Source: Candidatus Nanohaloarchaea archaeon (lineage in GTDB: Archaea; Nanohalarchaeota; Nanosalinia; Nanosalinales; Nanosalinaceae). From it: a stretch of 20,543 bases of DNA. The position numbers were made by a program, and so were the translations under genes. This document shows, piece by piece, positions 8,064 to 17,523 of the stretch. The stretch's first letter is position 1. The number at the start of each line of letters is the position of its first letter. Below the pieces are notes generated by a model that was not told the origin of the DNA, searched no databases, and worked only from the letters and a program-made list of their open reading frames with translations. Where the stretch lies: contig JBKHHG010000012.1 in the NCBI GenBank assembly GCA_046539225.1, forward strand, positions 1 to 20,543. The letters are read 5' to 3'.

Positions 8064-8486
8064 CTACTCTACCTTGACTTCGTCGACGTTGTGTGTTCTT
8101 CCCAGGACTTCTCTGATGGTTTCGATTCTTTCTCCTTCTCTTCCAAGGACTTTGCCCTTGTTGGAGTTGGGTACGTTGATCGATACTTTTTTCTGACCGT
8201 TTTCGTTGTCTACTGTTACTCCTCTGATGTCGCCGGGCACAAGATTGTTGACGAATGCTCCTACGTTGTCGTGGTATTCGTAGATCTTCACTGTTTTTCC
8301 GAGCTGGTCCTGGACTTTCTGGACTACTTTTCCTCCTTTCCCGATGGCCATTCCGGCTTTTCCTTCGGGGACTATAAAGTAGGCCTCGTCGTCGTTGATT
8401 ATGCAGTCCCTGGCTTCGACATCTGTAAGAGATTCGAACATGTTGAGGGTCCTGATCATCTGGGTGTCGTACGTTGCTGTTACCAT
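8064..8486 (-). CDS. nusA: Archaeal NusA (two KH domains)
   Basis: GMAIGKGG and GKVLGREG KH GxxG loops; 140 aa; follows rpoA''. Confidence 0.95.
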   Translation of the reverse strand: MVTATYDTQMIRTLNMFESLTDVEARDCIINDDEAYFIVPEGKAGMAIGKGGKVVQKVQDQLGKTVKIYEYHDNVGAFVNNLVPGDIRGVTVDNENGQKKVSINVPNSNKGKVLGREGERIETIREVLGRTHNVDEVKVE

Positions 8487-8536
8487 TCTATCACTTAGAA
8501 ACGTGTTTTACGTGTAATCATTAATAGGCCCCCAAC

Positions 8537-8544
8537 TTTTATAA
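8537..8544 (-). promoter_or_regulatory. Putative TATA box (TTATAAAA) upstream of nusA
   Basis: In the 67-bp rpoA''-nusA gap, about 50 nt upstream of the ATG. Confidence 0.4.
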
Positions 8545-8553
8545 GCAGAGTGA

Positions 8554-9663
8554 TCAGTCGATATTGAAGCTTGGTTTCAGGTCGACTATGCCTGTTCCTA
8601 CAGGCACGGGCTGACCCGTTACAATGTTTTCAACTACTCCTTCCAGCGGATCTTCTTCCCCGCTCAGGGTTCCCTCTCTCAGGTGTTTCTTGGTTTCCTC
8701 GAAGACGGATCTTGCGATCATGGAGTGCTTGTCCCCGACAATTCCATACCGGGTTGTTCCTCTGAGGTCTCCTTCACGTGTCATCATATCCGCGAGAAGC
8801 ATGATGTGCCTGTCGTCGATGCTGATTCCCTGGGCCCCGAGAGTCTCGTTTGTCTCGACTATGATTCTCTGCCTCAAGGCCTCGACTCCGAGCACACGTT
8901 TAACCTCGAAGAGATGGTTGGAGAAGGTCCTGTTGGGATCGACTTCCTCAATCTTCAAAGTCTTTCTTAAAGCGGTTCCAGCGGTCTGAAGCTGCCATTC
9001 GCCGTCTTCCTCGTTGATTACAACCTGTTCGATTCCCTTGAGGCCTTTGATCCTTGCGTCTTCAGTATCGTTCTTCAGGTCTTTCAGGTCTCTGAGGTCG
9101 TAGTCGTCTTCCTGCGATGTTAGGGTGATAGTGTTGTCATCTATCTCGAGCTTTGCCTTCTTGACATCGTCTTTCACCCTTGACCTGACATCCTCCATGT
9201 CGATCTCGTAGTCTTCAAGCAGGTCTGGGTTGAGCTCGTACTCTACCTCGAGCTGCATGATGTCGATCGTGTCTTTCCTTACAAGGTCCTCGAACTTTAC
9301 CTCTCTGAGTTTTCTTGCAAGTTTTTTGGCGTCTTCTTTCGAGTTGTACTCTTCTTTGAGGTATACGTCCATTGCCGGGGTCTTTGGCTCTCTTCTTGCG
9401 TCCACGATCTCGATCAATCGAGGCAGACCGGCGGTCAGCGAAACCTGCGCTCCTCCTGCCTGGTGGTACGTCTCCATCGTCAGCTGTGTAGCAGGTTCTG
9501 CAAGGCTCTGCGCCGCCACGATCCCGATGGATTCGCCGGGCTCGTACTGCATCTGCCTGTATCTCTCCTCGAGGGTCTTTCTCTGCTCCTCTGTCAGGTC
9601 AAGCGTCTGGTGTTTTTCGGGGAGTTGCTGTGCTCTGTCTTTCCAGTGTAGTTCTTCGCTCAT
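8554..9663 (-). CDS. rpoA2: RNA polymerase subunit A'' (Rpo1C)
   Basis: [45 protein letters not shown] and [14 protein letters not shown] motifs. Start placed at ATG 9663 behind SD GAGGTGAT rather than GTG 9672. Confidence 0.97.
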   Translation of the reverse strand: MSEELHWKDRAQQLPEKHQTLDLTEEQRKTLEERYRQMQYEPGESIGIVAAQSLAEPATQLTMETYHQAGGAQVSLTAGLPRLIEIVDARREPKTPAMDVYLKEEYNSKEDAKKLARKLREVKFEDLVRKDTIDIMQLEVEYELNPDLLEDYEIDMEDVRSRVKDDVKKAKLEIDDNTITLTSQEDDYDLRDLKDLKNDTEDARIKGLKGIEQVVINEEDGEWQLQTAGTALRKTLKIEEVDPNRTFSNHLFEVKRVLGVEALRQRIIVETNETLGAQGISIDDRHIMLLADMMTREGDLRGTTRYGIVGDKHSMIARSVFEETKKHLREGTLSGEEDPLEGVVENIVTGQPVPVGTGIVDLKPSFNID

Positions 9664-9668
9664 TTTGA

Positions 9669-12137
9669 TCACCTCTCGATCTCCGTGGAGATAAGGCCTC
9701 TATCTGATTTCTGTGGGTCGACTCCGTCCTCTCCGGCTCTGAACTGTACGATCTCTCCCTGCGCGTTTCTGACGGTCTGGTCGTACTCCACTCTCAGGTC
9801 CTGTAGAGCGTTTGAGATACGACGGTACATGTATCCGGAGGTCTTCGTGTTAAGGGATTTGTCCGCCAGAGCCTTTCTCTGGCTCATCTGGTGGAAGAAC
9901 ATCTCCTGTGCGTCGAGGCCTTCCAGGATTGACGAGCTTACGAATCCTTTGGATTTTGGACTCATCTCTCCTTTCTTGAAATGTGACAGGGTTCTCTCCT
10001 TGTATCCTCTTACGATTCTCGTGTCCCGGACGGAGTTCTGTCCAAGCATTCCAGCCATCGTCGTAACGTTTTGCATCGATCCTCGAGCTCCTGAGTCTGC
10101 CATGACATAGGCGGAGGAGCTTTCGTCGAACTGGTCCGCGATAATGTCTCCGATCTCTGTAAAGGCCTCGTTCAGTTTTTTGGTTACACGGATCTCACGG
10201 GATTCCTCGATAGTTTTCCCTGTGATTGCTTCCATTTTTCCTTCCTCGTATTCCTGAAGCAGTTCCTCTGTATCTTCTACTGAGGCCTCGATTATCTCCT
10301 TGATTCTCTCTGTTGCCTCGTCAGGTACTTCAAGGTCTTCAAGGCCTATGCTGAATCCTCTCTTTGTGAGGAAGATTGCTCCGACCCTGGAGACACGGTT
10401 GAGGAACTCTGCTACCATGTCGCTGCCGTATTCAATGTCGAGCTGCTGGATAATTTCTCCTCCGTAGTCTCCGAGCGCGTCCTCGTCCAGTACTCCCTTG
10501 ACAAGTTCACCGTCTTCGATCACTACTTCGTCGTCCTCTCCCTCGTTGATAGTCAGGGAGATATCTTCCGGTATGAATATGCTTACAAGGTCTCTTCCGG
10601 ATACTTTCTCTCCTTCAGGCAGGTCTTTCTCGTGTTCTCCTGCTTCCGCGAGAATGTTGAAGGCCTTTTCTCTGTCCAGTTCCTTGTCTTCCTGTGTCAA
10701 CAGGTAGAGGCCTGAAACATAGTCCTGAAGCATGCCAACGATTGGTCCTCCCATTTTCGGGGATTTGACGTGTTCCTGGACCTTCATCAGTTCCTCTGCT
10801 TCTGCACGGGCTTCTTCTGTCTGCGGTACGTGCAGGTTCATCTCGTCTCCGTCGAAGTCTGCGTTGTAAGGTGCACAGACGTTCAGGTTCAATCTGAATG
10901 TTCTGTACGGTAGTACTCGGACTTCGTGCGCCATGATCGACATTCGGTGCAGCGAGGGCTGCCTGTTGAACAGTACTGTATCTTCATCTTTCAGGTGTCT
11001 CTCGACCGTCCAGCCTTCTCCAGGCTCTACGGCCTCTACAAGGTCTTCGATGTTTTCCTCTGTCACTCTTCTTCTTGAGCCGTCGGGCTGGAACACGTAA
11101 TTGACTCCTGGGTGTGTGTCAGGCCCGTTTTCAAGCCATTCCATGCACTTTTCGTAGTTTCTCTCGGTGACTTTGACAGGGATGGTCAGCTTCTTGGCTA
11201 TTATCTGCGGAACCCCTACCTCGTTGATCCCTATGTTGGGATCCGGGGAGATTACTGTACGTGCGGAGAAGTTGACTCTCTTTCCGATCAGGTTTTCACG
11301 GAACCTTCCCTCTTTGCCCTGTACTCTTTCAATTAAGGATTTTAATGATCTTCCGGAGCGGTGTCTTGCTGGTGGCACGCTGCTCATGTCGTTGTAGAAA
11401 AGCGTTGCGACGTGGTACTGGAGCAGCTCCCAGAGATCATCGATGATGAAGTCCGGAGCTTCAATTTCAATATTGTTCTGCAGCCGTTTGTTGATCCGGA
11501 TGACATCGACGAGTTTATGCGTGATATCGTCTTCTGATCTCTCTCCTGTCTCCAGTGTAATTGAAGGCCTTATCGTAACCGGTGGAACGGGGATCTTTGT
11601 CAGTATCAAGTCTTCAGGCCTTCCACCCTCTATATCGATTTTTTCCGCTACTTCATCCGGGATCTCCTTGAACCGTTCCCTTATCTCTGACGGAGTCAGT
11701 TTCTCTCCTTCCTCGTAGAACGTATAAGGCTTGTCAAGCTTGATGTCCTCGATTTCGTGGCCGCACTCTGGGCATTCGTTCATCATGTTGGATTTTCTGA
11801 AGGGTTTGTCCTCGTCCTTGATCGCGAGGTTGTGACACTCTTTACACGCGAACCGGAGAAGATCTCTAACCTTTTTGGCGTAGAGCACGTGAACGACAGG
11901 CCTTGAAAGCGTGATCTGTCCGAAGTGGCCGTTACATTCTCTGATTCTTCCGCCACAGGTCTGGCATGTCATCCCTGGGTCGATTACGCCGAGCGCAGGA
12001 TCCATTACTCCGTCCTCGACAGGGTAGCCGTCTGCGTCGTAGACTTCGGCCTTGTCGATCTCCTTTACAGCCATGTTGTCGAGTTTTTCTGCGCTTACAA
12101 CTCCGAATTCAAGTTTGTCAATGTTCTTTGTCTCCAT
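9669..12137 (-). CDS. rpoA1: RNA polymerase subunit A' (Rpo1N)
   Basis: Catalytic [11 protein letters not shown], Zn clamp CQTC...[18 protein letters not shown] and [15 protein letters not shown] upstream. Confidence 0.99.
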   Translation of the reverse strand: METKNIDKLEFGVVSAEKLDNMAVKEIDKAEVYDADGYPVEDGVMDPALGVIDPGMTCQTCGGRIRECNGHFGQITLSRPVVHVLYAKKVRDLLRFACKECHNLAIKDEDKPFRKSNMMNECPECGHEIEDIKLDKPYTFYEEGEKLTPSEIRERFKEIPDEVAEKIDIEGGRPEDLILTKIPVPPVTIRPSITLETGERSEDDITHKLVDVIRINKRLQNNIEIEAPDFIIDDLWELLQYHVATLFYNDMSSVPPARHRSGRSLKSLIERVQGKEGRFRENLIGKRVNFSARTVISPDPNIGINEVGVPQIIAKKLTIPVKVTERNYEKCMEWLENGPDTHPGVNYVFQPDGSRRRVTEENIEDLVEAVEPGEGWTVERHLKDEDTVLFNRQPSLHRMSIMAHEVRVLPYRTFRLNLNVCAPYNADFDGDEMNLHVPQTEEARAEAEELMKVQEHVKSPKMGGPIVGMLQDYVSGLYLLTQEDKELDREKAFNILAEAGEHEKDLPEGEKVSGRDLVSIFIPEDISLTINEGEDDEVVIEDGELVKGVLDEDALGDYGGEIIQQLDIEYGSDMVAEFLNRVSRVGAIFLTKRGFSIGLEDLEVPDEATERIKEIIEASVEDTEELLQEYEEGKMEAITGKTIEESREIRVTKKLNEAFTEIGDIIADQFDESSSAYVMADSGARGSMQNVTTMAGMLGQNSVRDTRIVRGYKERTLSHFKKGEMSPKSKGFVSSSILEGLDAQEMFFHQMSQRKALADKSLNTKTSGYMYRRISNALQDLRVEYDQTVRNAQGEIVQFRAGEDGVDPQKSDRGLISTEIER

Positions 12138-12139
12138 CT

Positions 12140-13936
12140 TTAATCCTCCTCCAGTTCAAGCTCTGTATCCATCATCATGGATTTTAGCTCGTTCATCAGC
12201 AACAGGAAGGCGTGCGGTATCTCTGTCTTGTCGAGATCGCCTGAGTCGCATGCAGGACAGTAATGCTTGTTTTCCTCGCGGTCGTAGACGCCTATCTCGC
12301 CGCAGTGCTCGCATACCTCGATCTCTGTCGAGTCAGCTCCGAACCGTTCTTTAAGCAGGAGCGATGCGCCATGTCCGACGAACACATCCTTTTCCATCTC
12401 TCCGAGTCGTAGGCCTCCTTCCTGGCTTCTTCCCTCTGTCGGCTGTTTCGTGAGCAGTGTGACCGGTCCTCTTCCACGTGCGTGGACCTTGTCCCCGACC
12501 ATGTGGCTCAGCTTGAGGTAGTATCCAGGCCCGATAAGGATTTCGGCCTCCATCTCTTCTCCTGTCACCCCGTTGTACATCGTCTCTTTTCCGGAGCTCT
12601 GGAATCCGAGTTCTTCAAGCTGTTCCTTGATCTCTTCTTTTGACTCGTTGTGGTAGGCGGATCCATCTACAGTCTCTCCTCGAAGGGCTCCAGCCTTTCC
12701 ACCCATTATCTCGATTATCTGTGATACTGTCATACGGCTTGGGATGGCGTGTGTCGAAAGAATGATGTCGGGTGTTATTCCCTGATTTGTGAAAGGCATG
12801 TTCTCCTCGGGGGAGATCATTCCGATAACTCCTTTCTGTCCGTGCCTGGTCGCAAACTTGTCACCAAGCTCTGGAATACGGTACTCACGCATCTTAACCT
12901 TCAATAGTTTGTCGCCGTCACCGGTTTCGGAAATCATAACTTTATCGATCTTTCCCTGTTCTCCGTGCCTTACGGTCAGGGAGGTCTCTCTTCTGTCCGC
13001 GAGACCCATCTGGATCTCCTCCCCCTCGCTTCCGAGGAACTTTGGAGGCGAAGTCTTTCCGATCAGTACGTCGTCGGACTCAACCTCTGTCTCCGGGTTG
13101 ATTATACCGTCTTCATCTAAATGGTTGTAGGCCTCCTCTCTTCGGTAGCCGCGGACGTCTTTGTCAGGGATTCCGATCCTGTCCTGCTGGCCTCCCCAGA
13201 AACGCTGGGCCTCTGTCTGGTAAGTCCTCATGTATGTGGTTCTTGCGAGGCCTCTTTCTATGCTCGCCTTGTTCATGATCACCGCATCCTCAATATTGTA
13301 TCCATCGAACGAGGCTAATGCGACTATCATGTTCTGGCCGATAGGGTGGTCGCCTACAAGAGTATCGTAAGTATTTGTATCGACTATAGGCCTTTGAGGG
13401 TAGCTCATGATGTTGCCCCTGGTCGGGAACTTCTGGTGGAAGTCTCGTGTCGGAAGCCCGAGGCCTTGTCCCGCCATCTTTGCACCGAAGTTTACACGGT
13501 CTCCACGGTTGTGCTCGGGATAGACTGTCAGCGACGCGGAAAGGCCGTTAATGATCTCCGGGTCGATCTCCAGGTGGGTATGTTCCTCAGTTACTTCCTC
13601 GTAGTCCATGGCGACGTAAGCGTTCTCTTCTTCCTCGGCGTCCATGAACTCGATTTCGCCTTCTTCCTCAAGCTCCTGAAGCGTGATCTCTCCTTCTTCA
13701 AGCGCTTCGATGTCTTCCTTGGATACCTGCGGTTCTCCTTCTTCTACTACGATGACAGGCCTGAGTACTCTTCCTGCATCGCTGTTGATCCTTAATTCGT
13801 CTTTGTCTTCGCTGTAGTAGACTGAGACCTCTTTGTCAATCAGGCCTTCCCTGCGTTTTTCAATAAGGTTTTCTCTGACTTCTTCAGCCGAGTCAATATC
13901 TCCCAAGATTTCGCCGTCAAGAAATACATCTGTCAT
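12140..13936 (-). CDS. rpoB1: RNA polymerase subunit B' (Rpo2C)
   Basis: GYNIEDA, GDKFATRHGQKG, HAIPSRMT, GGLRLGEMEKD and a C-terminal CxxC...CxxC Zn ribbon. Confidence 0.99.
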   Translation of the reverse strand: MTDVFLDGEILGDIDSAEEVRENLIEKRREGLIDKEVSVYYSEDKDELRINSDAGRVLRPVIVVEEGEPQVSKEDIEALEEGEITLQELEEEGEIEFMDAEEEENAYVAMDYEEVTEEHTHLEIDPEIINGLSASLTVYPEHNRGDRVNFGAKMAGQGLGLPTRDFHQKFPTRGNIMSYPQRPIVDTNTYDTLVGDHPIGQNMIVALASFDGYNIEDAVIMNKASIERGLARTTYMRTYQTEAQRFWGGQQDRIGIPDKDVRGYRREEAYNHLDEDGIINPETEVESDDVLIGKTSPPKFLGSEGEEIQMGLADRRETSLTVRHGEQGKIDKVMISETGDGDKLLKVKMREYRIPELGDKFATRHGQKGVIGMISPEENMPFTNQGITPDIILSTHAIPSRMTVSQIIEIMGGKAGALRGETVDGSAYHNESKEEIKEQLEELGFQSSGKETMYNGVTGEEMEAEILIGPGYYLKLSHMVGDKVHARGRGPVTLLTKQPTEGRSQEGGLRLGEMEKDVFVGHGASLLLKERFGADSTEIEVCEHCGEIGVYDREENKHYCPACDSGDLDKTEIPHAFLLLMNELKSMMMDTELELEED

Positions 13937-13939
13937 TTT

Positions 13940-15397
13940 TTACTCTACCTCGATTCCCTCCTGCTCCAAAGTGGTTTTCAAAGCGTTCTTCTCCATATCG
14001 TTCATACCTGTCGAGACATCGGCGCACATCGCAAGATGGGTTCTCAACCCGATGTTCATACCTTCAGGCGTCTTGATCGGGCATATACGTCCCCAGTGCG
14101 TCGGATGAAGATCACGGGCCTCAAAGTGCTGCCTGTCGGAACTCAAAGGAGAAACAATATTCCTCAGGTGTGAAAGTGTCTTGATCCGGTTGTTTCTCTC
14201 CAGAGTCTGGCATACGCCGGTTCTGCCGCCCACCCAGTTGCCTGTAGCCATCGCTCCCATGATCTGCTTCGTAAGAGTGTCGGAAACCACTGTCGACTGT
14301 AGAGAAGGCAGCCGGCCTCTCTTCGCTGATTTCTGGAAGTTGTACTTCATCCTCGCAACCAGACCCCATTTTCCGAGGAAGACGCTTCTGAACTGCATCT
14401 CCAGCAGCTCTCCCGCCAGGTTCAGCCTCTTGTTGGCGTAGTGGTCGATGTCATCAGGTGTTACATCTCCTTTGCCGAGTGCTATAGTATTCCTTATCAT
14501 GTTCGCGAGGAACTTCGCCTTCTCAGGCCTTGCATCTTCTTCCTGTCCAAGATGCGGAAGAAGGTAATCATCCAAGATGCTGGAGACTCTTTCCTCCACG
14601 TCGCTTGTTACTCCTGCCCTGTTGGCGATGTACTCGAAGGCCTCTTCCTGGTTCGAGGCGTCGACCTCGTAGAGATTGAGGTAGACATCTGAGGAGTACT
14701 CTTCGCCGATCTCTTCAATTATCTCTTTATCGGTTTCATATCCCAAGGCTCTGATCAAGGCGACAGCAGGAGTATTTTTGACGTTGGCAAATGAGATCTC
14801 CACTATATCGTCATCCCTTTCAAGCACGTGTCTCTGTACGTAACCCGAGTTCTCGGAGTTGACACGGCACTTCTGCTCATCATCGTCCTGAAGGTATACA
14901 GGCTTGTTGTTCGCGAGCTCTTCCATCGCGATAATCGTCTTCTCCGAACCGTTGATCAGGAAGTAGCCTCCCGGATCCTTGGGGTCAAGCCCGTTCTCAC
15001 GCATCTCTTCATCATCCCACTCAGAGGTCCAGCACAGATCCGAACCAACCATAACCGGGATCTCCCCGATCGTAACTTCTTCGACTTCCTGCTTCACACC
15101 TTCAAAGATCGGAGCCATCTCCACCTTAATCTCGCTCGAATACGTCAAATTCCTCATCCGGGCCTCCCGCGGCGTTATATCCCTGACCGAACCATCCGCT
15201 TCATTGATCTCAGGCCTCTCAATCTCAACATCCACAATTTTGATTACAAGCTCCTCTCCATCAGGGAGCTCCGGCTCAATGCTTCCAACCTCGTTGAGAA
15301 TAGCCTGGATCCTGTCCTCAACAAACCGGTTGTAGCTCTCGATCTGGTGTTTTACAACGTTACGGTCTATCAACTGGCTTAAAAACTCTTCATTCAT
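13940..15397 (-). CDS. rpoB2: RNA polymerase subunit B'' (Rpo2N)
   Basis: HQIESYNRF, PREARMRNLTY, DPGGYFLINGSE, DDIDHYANKRL and ARDLHPTHWGRICP motifs. Confidence 0.98.
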   Translation of the reverse strand: MNEEFLSQLIDRNVVKHQIESYNRFVEDRIQAILNEVGSIEPELPDGEELVIKIVDVEIERPEINEADGSVRDITPREARMRNLTYSSEIKVEMAPIFEGVKQEVEEVTIGEIPVMVGSDLCWTSEWDDEEMRENGLDPKDPGGYFLINGSEKTIIAMEELANNKPVYLQDDDEQKCRVNSENSGYVQRHVLERDDDIVEISFANVKNTPAVALIRALGYETDKEIIEEIGEEYSSDVYLNLYEVDASNQEEAFEYIANRAGVTSDVEERVSSILDDYLLPHLGQEEDARPEKAKFLANMIRNTIALGKGDVTPDDIDHYANKRLNLAGELLEMQFRSVFLGKWGLVARMKYNFQKSAKRGRLPSLQSTVVSDTLTKQIMGAMATGNWVGGRTGVCQTLERNNRIKTLSHLRNIVSPLSSDRQHFEARDLHPTHWGRICPIKTPEGMNIGLRTHLAMCADVSTGMNDMEKNALKTTLEQEGIEVE

Positions 15398-15402
15398 CTT
15401 TT

Positions 15403-15639
15403 TTACCTGTCAACTACAACTCTGTAATAAGTGGTTTTTCCGGCAGTAGGGCTTTCACGCTCGATACGGATCACATCCCCCTCCTCAACATCCATCTGCT
15501 TCAAAGCCGCGTCAGTCCTCTCGATCTTCGGCAGCTTATACTTCTCAGTATCAAACTTCTCAAGAAGATCCTCGACTTCATCTTCATCTATTTTTTCATG
15601 CTTCGGAACGGCCTCGTGGTCACGTACATCGATCGCCAT
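15403..15639 (-). CDS. rpoH: RNA polymerase subunit H (Rpo5)
   Basis: HEAVPKHE, LPKIERTD and GDVIRIERESPTAGKTTYYRVV motifs; first gene of the RNAP operon. Confidence 0.98.
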   Translation of the reverse strand: MAIDVRDHEAVPKHEKIDEDEVEDLLEKFDTEKYKLPKIERTDAALKQMDVEEGDVIRIERESPTAGKTTYYRVVVDR

Positions 15640-15730
15640 TGTTTTTTGCCCTCGGAGAAAGTTACAGATAGAGATACCCCTGTAAACTTTAAATAGGTGG
15701 TGAGATCAGGCGAAAAGTATTTAAACAGGC

Positions 15731-16393
15731 CTACCATATATCCGTCGATCTACGCATACTCCGGACCTCCTCGCCAACAACCACGTGATCCAGAAGCTCA
15801 AGGCCTAAACTCTCCCCAAGATCAGCTAAATCATCGGTAAACCTTTTATCCTGATCCGTAGGCCTTGACTTCCCCGAAGGATGATTATGAGCCAGTACAA
15901 AAGCAGAGGCATCCTTCTTTAAACCTTCAGCAAGCAGCTCCCGCTCCTCAGTTCTAACACTTGCCACAGAACCCTCGAACTCCTTCTCAGCCACCACTTC
16001 ATTCCCAGAATTAAGGTAGAAGACTCTGAGAACCTCCGAAGACTTGAAACGCAGATCTTCTACCCTGGCCTTCACATCCGAAAGATTTTCAATCTTTTCT
16101 CGTTCCTCACGTTGAAGCCTCAGGCCTAACTCACCGATTGCCTTCAACTGTCCCGCCTTCACCCGCGAAATACCCTCCAACTGCTTTAAATCCTCCAAAG
16201 AGGCCTCAGAGAGTTTTTCCAGGGAAAACTCCTCCAGCACCTCGTAACTCAGCTCCTTCACATTCTTACCCTGAATCCCGGTTCTCAGTAAAATCGCGAG
16301 AAGCTCCGCATCGCTCAAAGCCTCAACACCTTTCTCCTCCAGTTTTTCCCGAGGCCTCTCGCTTTCAGGCATATCATGGATCGTATAATCCAT
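15731..16393 (-). CDS. radC: RadC / UPF0758 JAB-domain protein
   Basis: ERPREKL...ALSDAELLAILLRTG N-terminus, HhH GISRVKA, and JAB AHNHPSG...D...LLDHVVV. Confidence 0.93.
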   Translation of the reverse strand: MDYTIHDMPESERPREKLEEKGVEALSDAELLAILLRTGIQGKNVKELSYEVLEEFSLEKLSEASLEDLKQLEGISRVKAGQLKAIGELGLRLQREEREKIENLSDVKARVEDLRFKSSEVLRVFYLNSGNEVVAEKEFEGSVASVRTEERELLAEGLKKDASAFVLAHNHPSGKSRPTDQDKRFTDDLADLGESLGLELLDHVVVGEEVRSMRRSTDIW

Positions 16394-16455
16394 ATTTTCT
16401 TTTTGCCAAGGCCTGTAAAAATAGTTTTTTGAGAATTTGTGTTTAAATATTAGAT

Positions 16456-16908
16456 ATGAAAAAGCAGGGGCTGCTTCATCTTCACGGCCTTTTACACCAG
16501 TTCAAGGAGCACTATGAAGAAGCAGAGGGAGAGGAGCTGGATCTGCTGGAGTACGATGAGAGAGGGGTAGGTCCGACCTCAATCCATGCATCAAAAAGTG
16601 AGCATAAAGAGGCTGTTTTCGATCTCGGCAGTTCTCTTCAGGAAGAGCTGAATGATTACAGTCCTGATGTTGAGACGGAAGAACTTTATGAAAATGTTTT
16701 GGAGAAAGCGGCGGAGCTTTACAGGCCTGAGCATGATGACGAAGTGTTTTTGAACCTTGAGCATGTAGGCCTCACCCTTAGAGATGCCAGAGTACTGTCA
16801 TCGGAGACCCCAGCAGAACACAGATCGGTTTTCGGGCGTTCAGGCCTTGTTGTCCCGGCGTATGAGGTTGAGGAATGGTCGCGGGAGACGGTTGAGCAGC
16901 CGGGATAA
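16456..16908 (+). CDS. UPF0058-family protein with C-terminal extension, copy 1
   Basis: MKKQGLLHLHGLL...Y.ERGVGPTSIHASKSEHKEAVFDL is the UPF0058 signature. Confidence 0.85.
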   Translation: MKKQGLLHLHGLLHQFKEHYEEAEGEELDLLEYDERGVGPTSIHASKSEHKEAVFDLGSSLQEELNDYSPDVETEELYENVLEKAAELYRPEHDDEVFLNLEHVGLTLRDARVLSSETPAEHRSVFGRSGLVVPAYEVEEWSRETVEQPG

Positions 16909-16950
16909 ACGACCGATAAATAAAGATTCTCTAAGTATTGGCCCCTTGGG

Positions 16951-16988
16951 AAAAATCAGGCCATAAGCCCCTGATATTTTTTACTTTT
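16951..16988 (+). terminator. Imperfect hairpin plus T-tract between the UPF0058 paralogues
   Basis: AAAAATCAGG-ccataagcc-CCTGATATTTT followed by TTACTTTT. Confidence 0.35.
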
Positions 16989-17006
16989 TGGACTTATTTT
17001 ATCTCT

Positions 17007-17480
17007 ATGAGGAAGCAGGAGTTGGTTCATATTCATGGGCTATTGGATAGTGTTCGGAAGCACTATGATCAGGAATCAGATCAAACTATAGGGCCTTCAA
17101 AGTATATTGAGAGAGGGGTTTTGCCTACATCCTTACATAAGTCTAAGACAGATCACAAAGACGCAGTCCTAGAACTTGGAAACTCCATTGTTCAAGAAAT
17201 CAATAAGCCAGGATCAACTGAAGCCAGTTTAGATACGTTGTATAATGCCGTTTTAGACGCGGTGGTTGACCAATACGAAAGAACATACATAGATCAACAA
17301 TCAGAGGAAATCTCTGTGAGTCTTGGATTAACCCGATTAACTGAGGAACAGGCTAAGCGCCTAGATAGTGAGACTTCTGTAGATTACGAAAAATATTCTA
17401 CAGGAGGTTCTCGTCTAAAAGTCAATAGAGAAGAAGCAGAGGAATGGGCTGAAGAAACAATCGGACAACTTAATAACTGA
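17007..17480 (+). CDS. UPF0058-family protein with C-terminal extension, copy 2 (157 aa)
   Basis: MRKQELVHIHGLL...ERGVLPTSLHKSKTDHKDAVLEL. Start set to ATG 17007 by alignment with copy 1. Confidence 0.85.
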   Translation: MRKQELVHIHGLLDSVRKHYDQESDQTIGPSKYIERGVLPTSLHKSKTDHKDAVLELGNSIVQEINKPGSTEASLDTLYNAVLDAVVDQYERTYIDQQSEEISVSLGLTRLTEEQAKRLDSETSVDYEKYSTGGSRLKVNREEAEEWAEETIGQLNN

Positions 17481-17523
17481 AATTTGGACCAATTAATAAT
17501 TTTATGGGAGCTAACTTTGGGAT

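Noticed and set aside
8554..15397. Inteins in the RNA polymerase subunits
   Set aside because: Subunit lengths are normal or short, and no C...HN splice junctions or LAGLIDADG blocks were seen.
19..15685. Many plus-strand ORFs of 60-206 aa overlapping the core genes (e.g. 1153-1773, 3412-3906, 7971-8498, 14828-15382)
   Set aside because: They are antisense shadows of well-identified minus-strand genes, Ser/Phe-rich, without motifs and unlike the acidic proteome.
15731..16393. radC as a marker of an integrated mobile element
   Set aside because: It is the full-length chromosomal form with host-like AGGCCT density, and no integrase, att site or transposase is nearby.
16938..17006. N-terminal extension of UPF0058 copy 2 from TTG 16938
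   Set aside because: Alignment with copy 1 starts at ATG 17007, and the extension overlaps a hairpin/T-tract.
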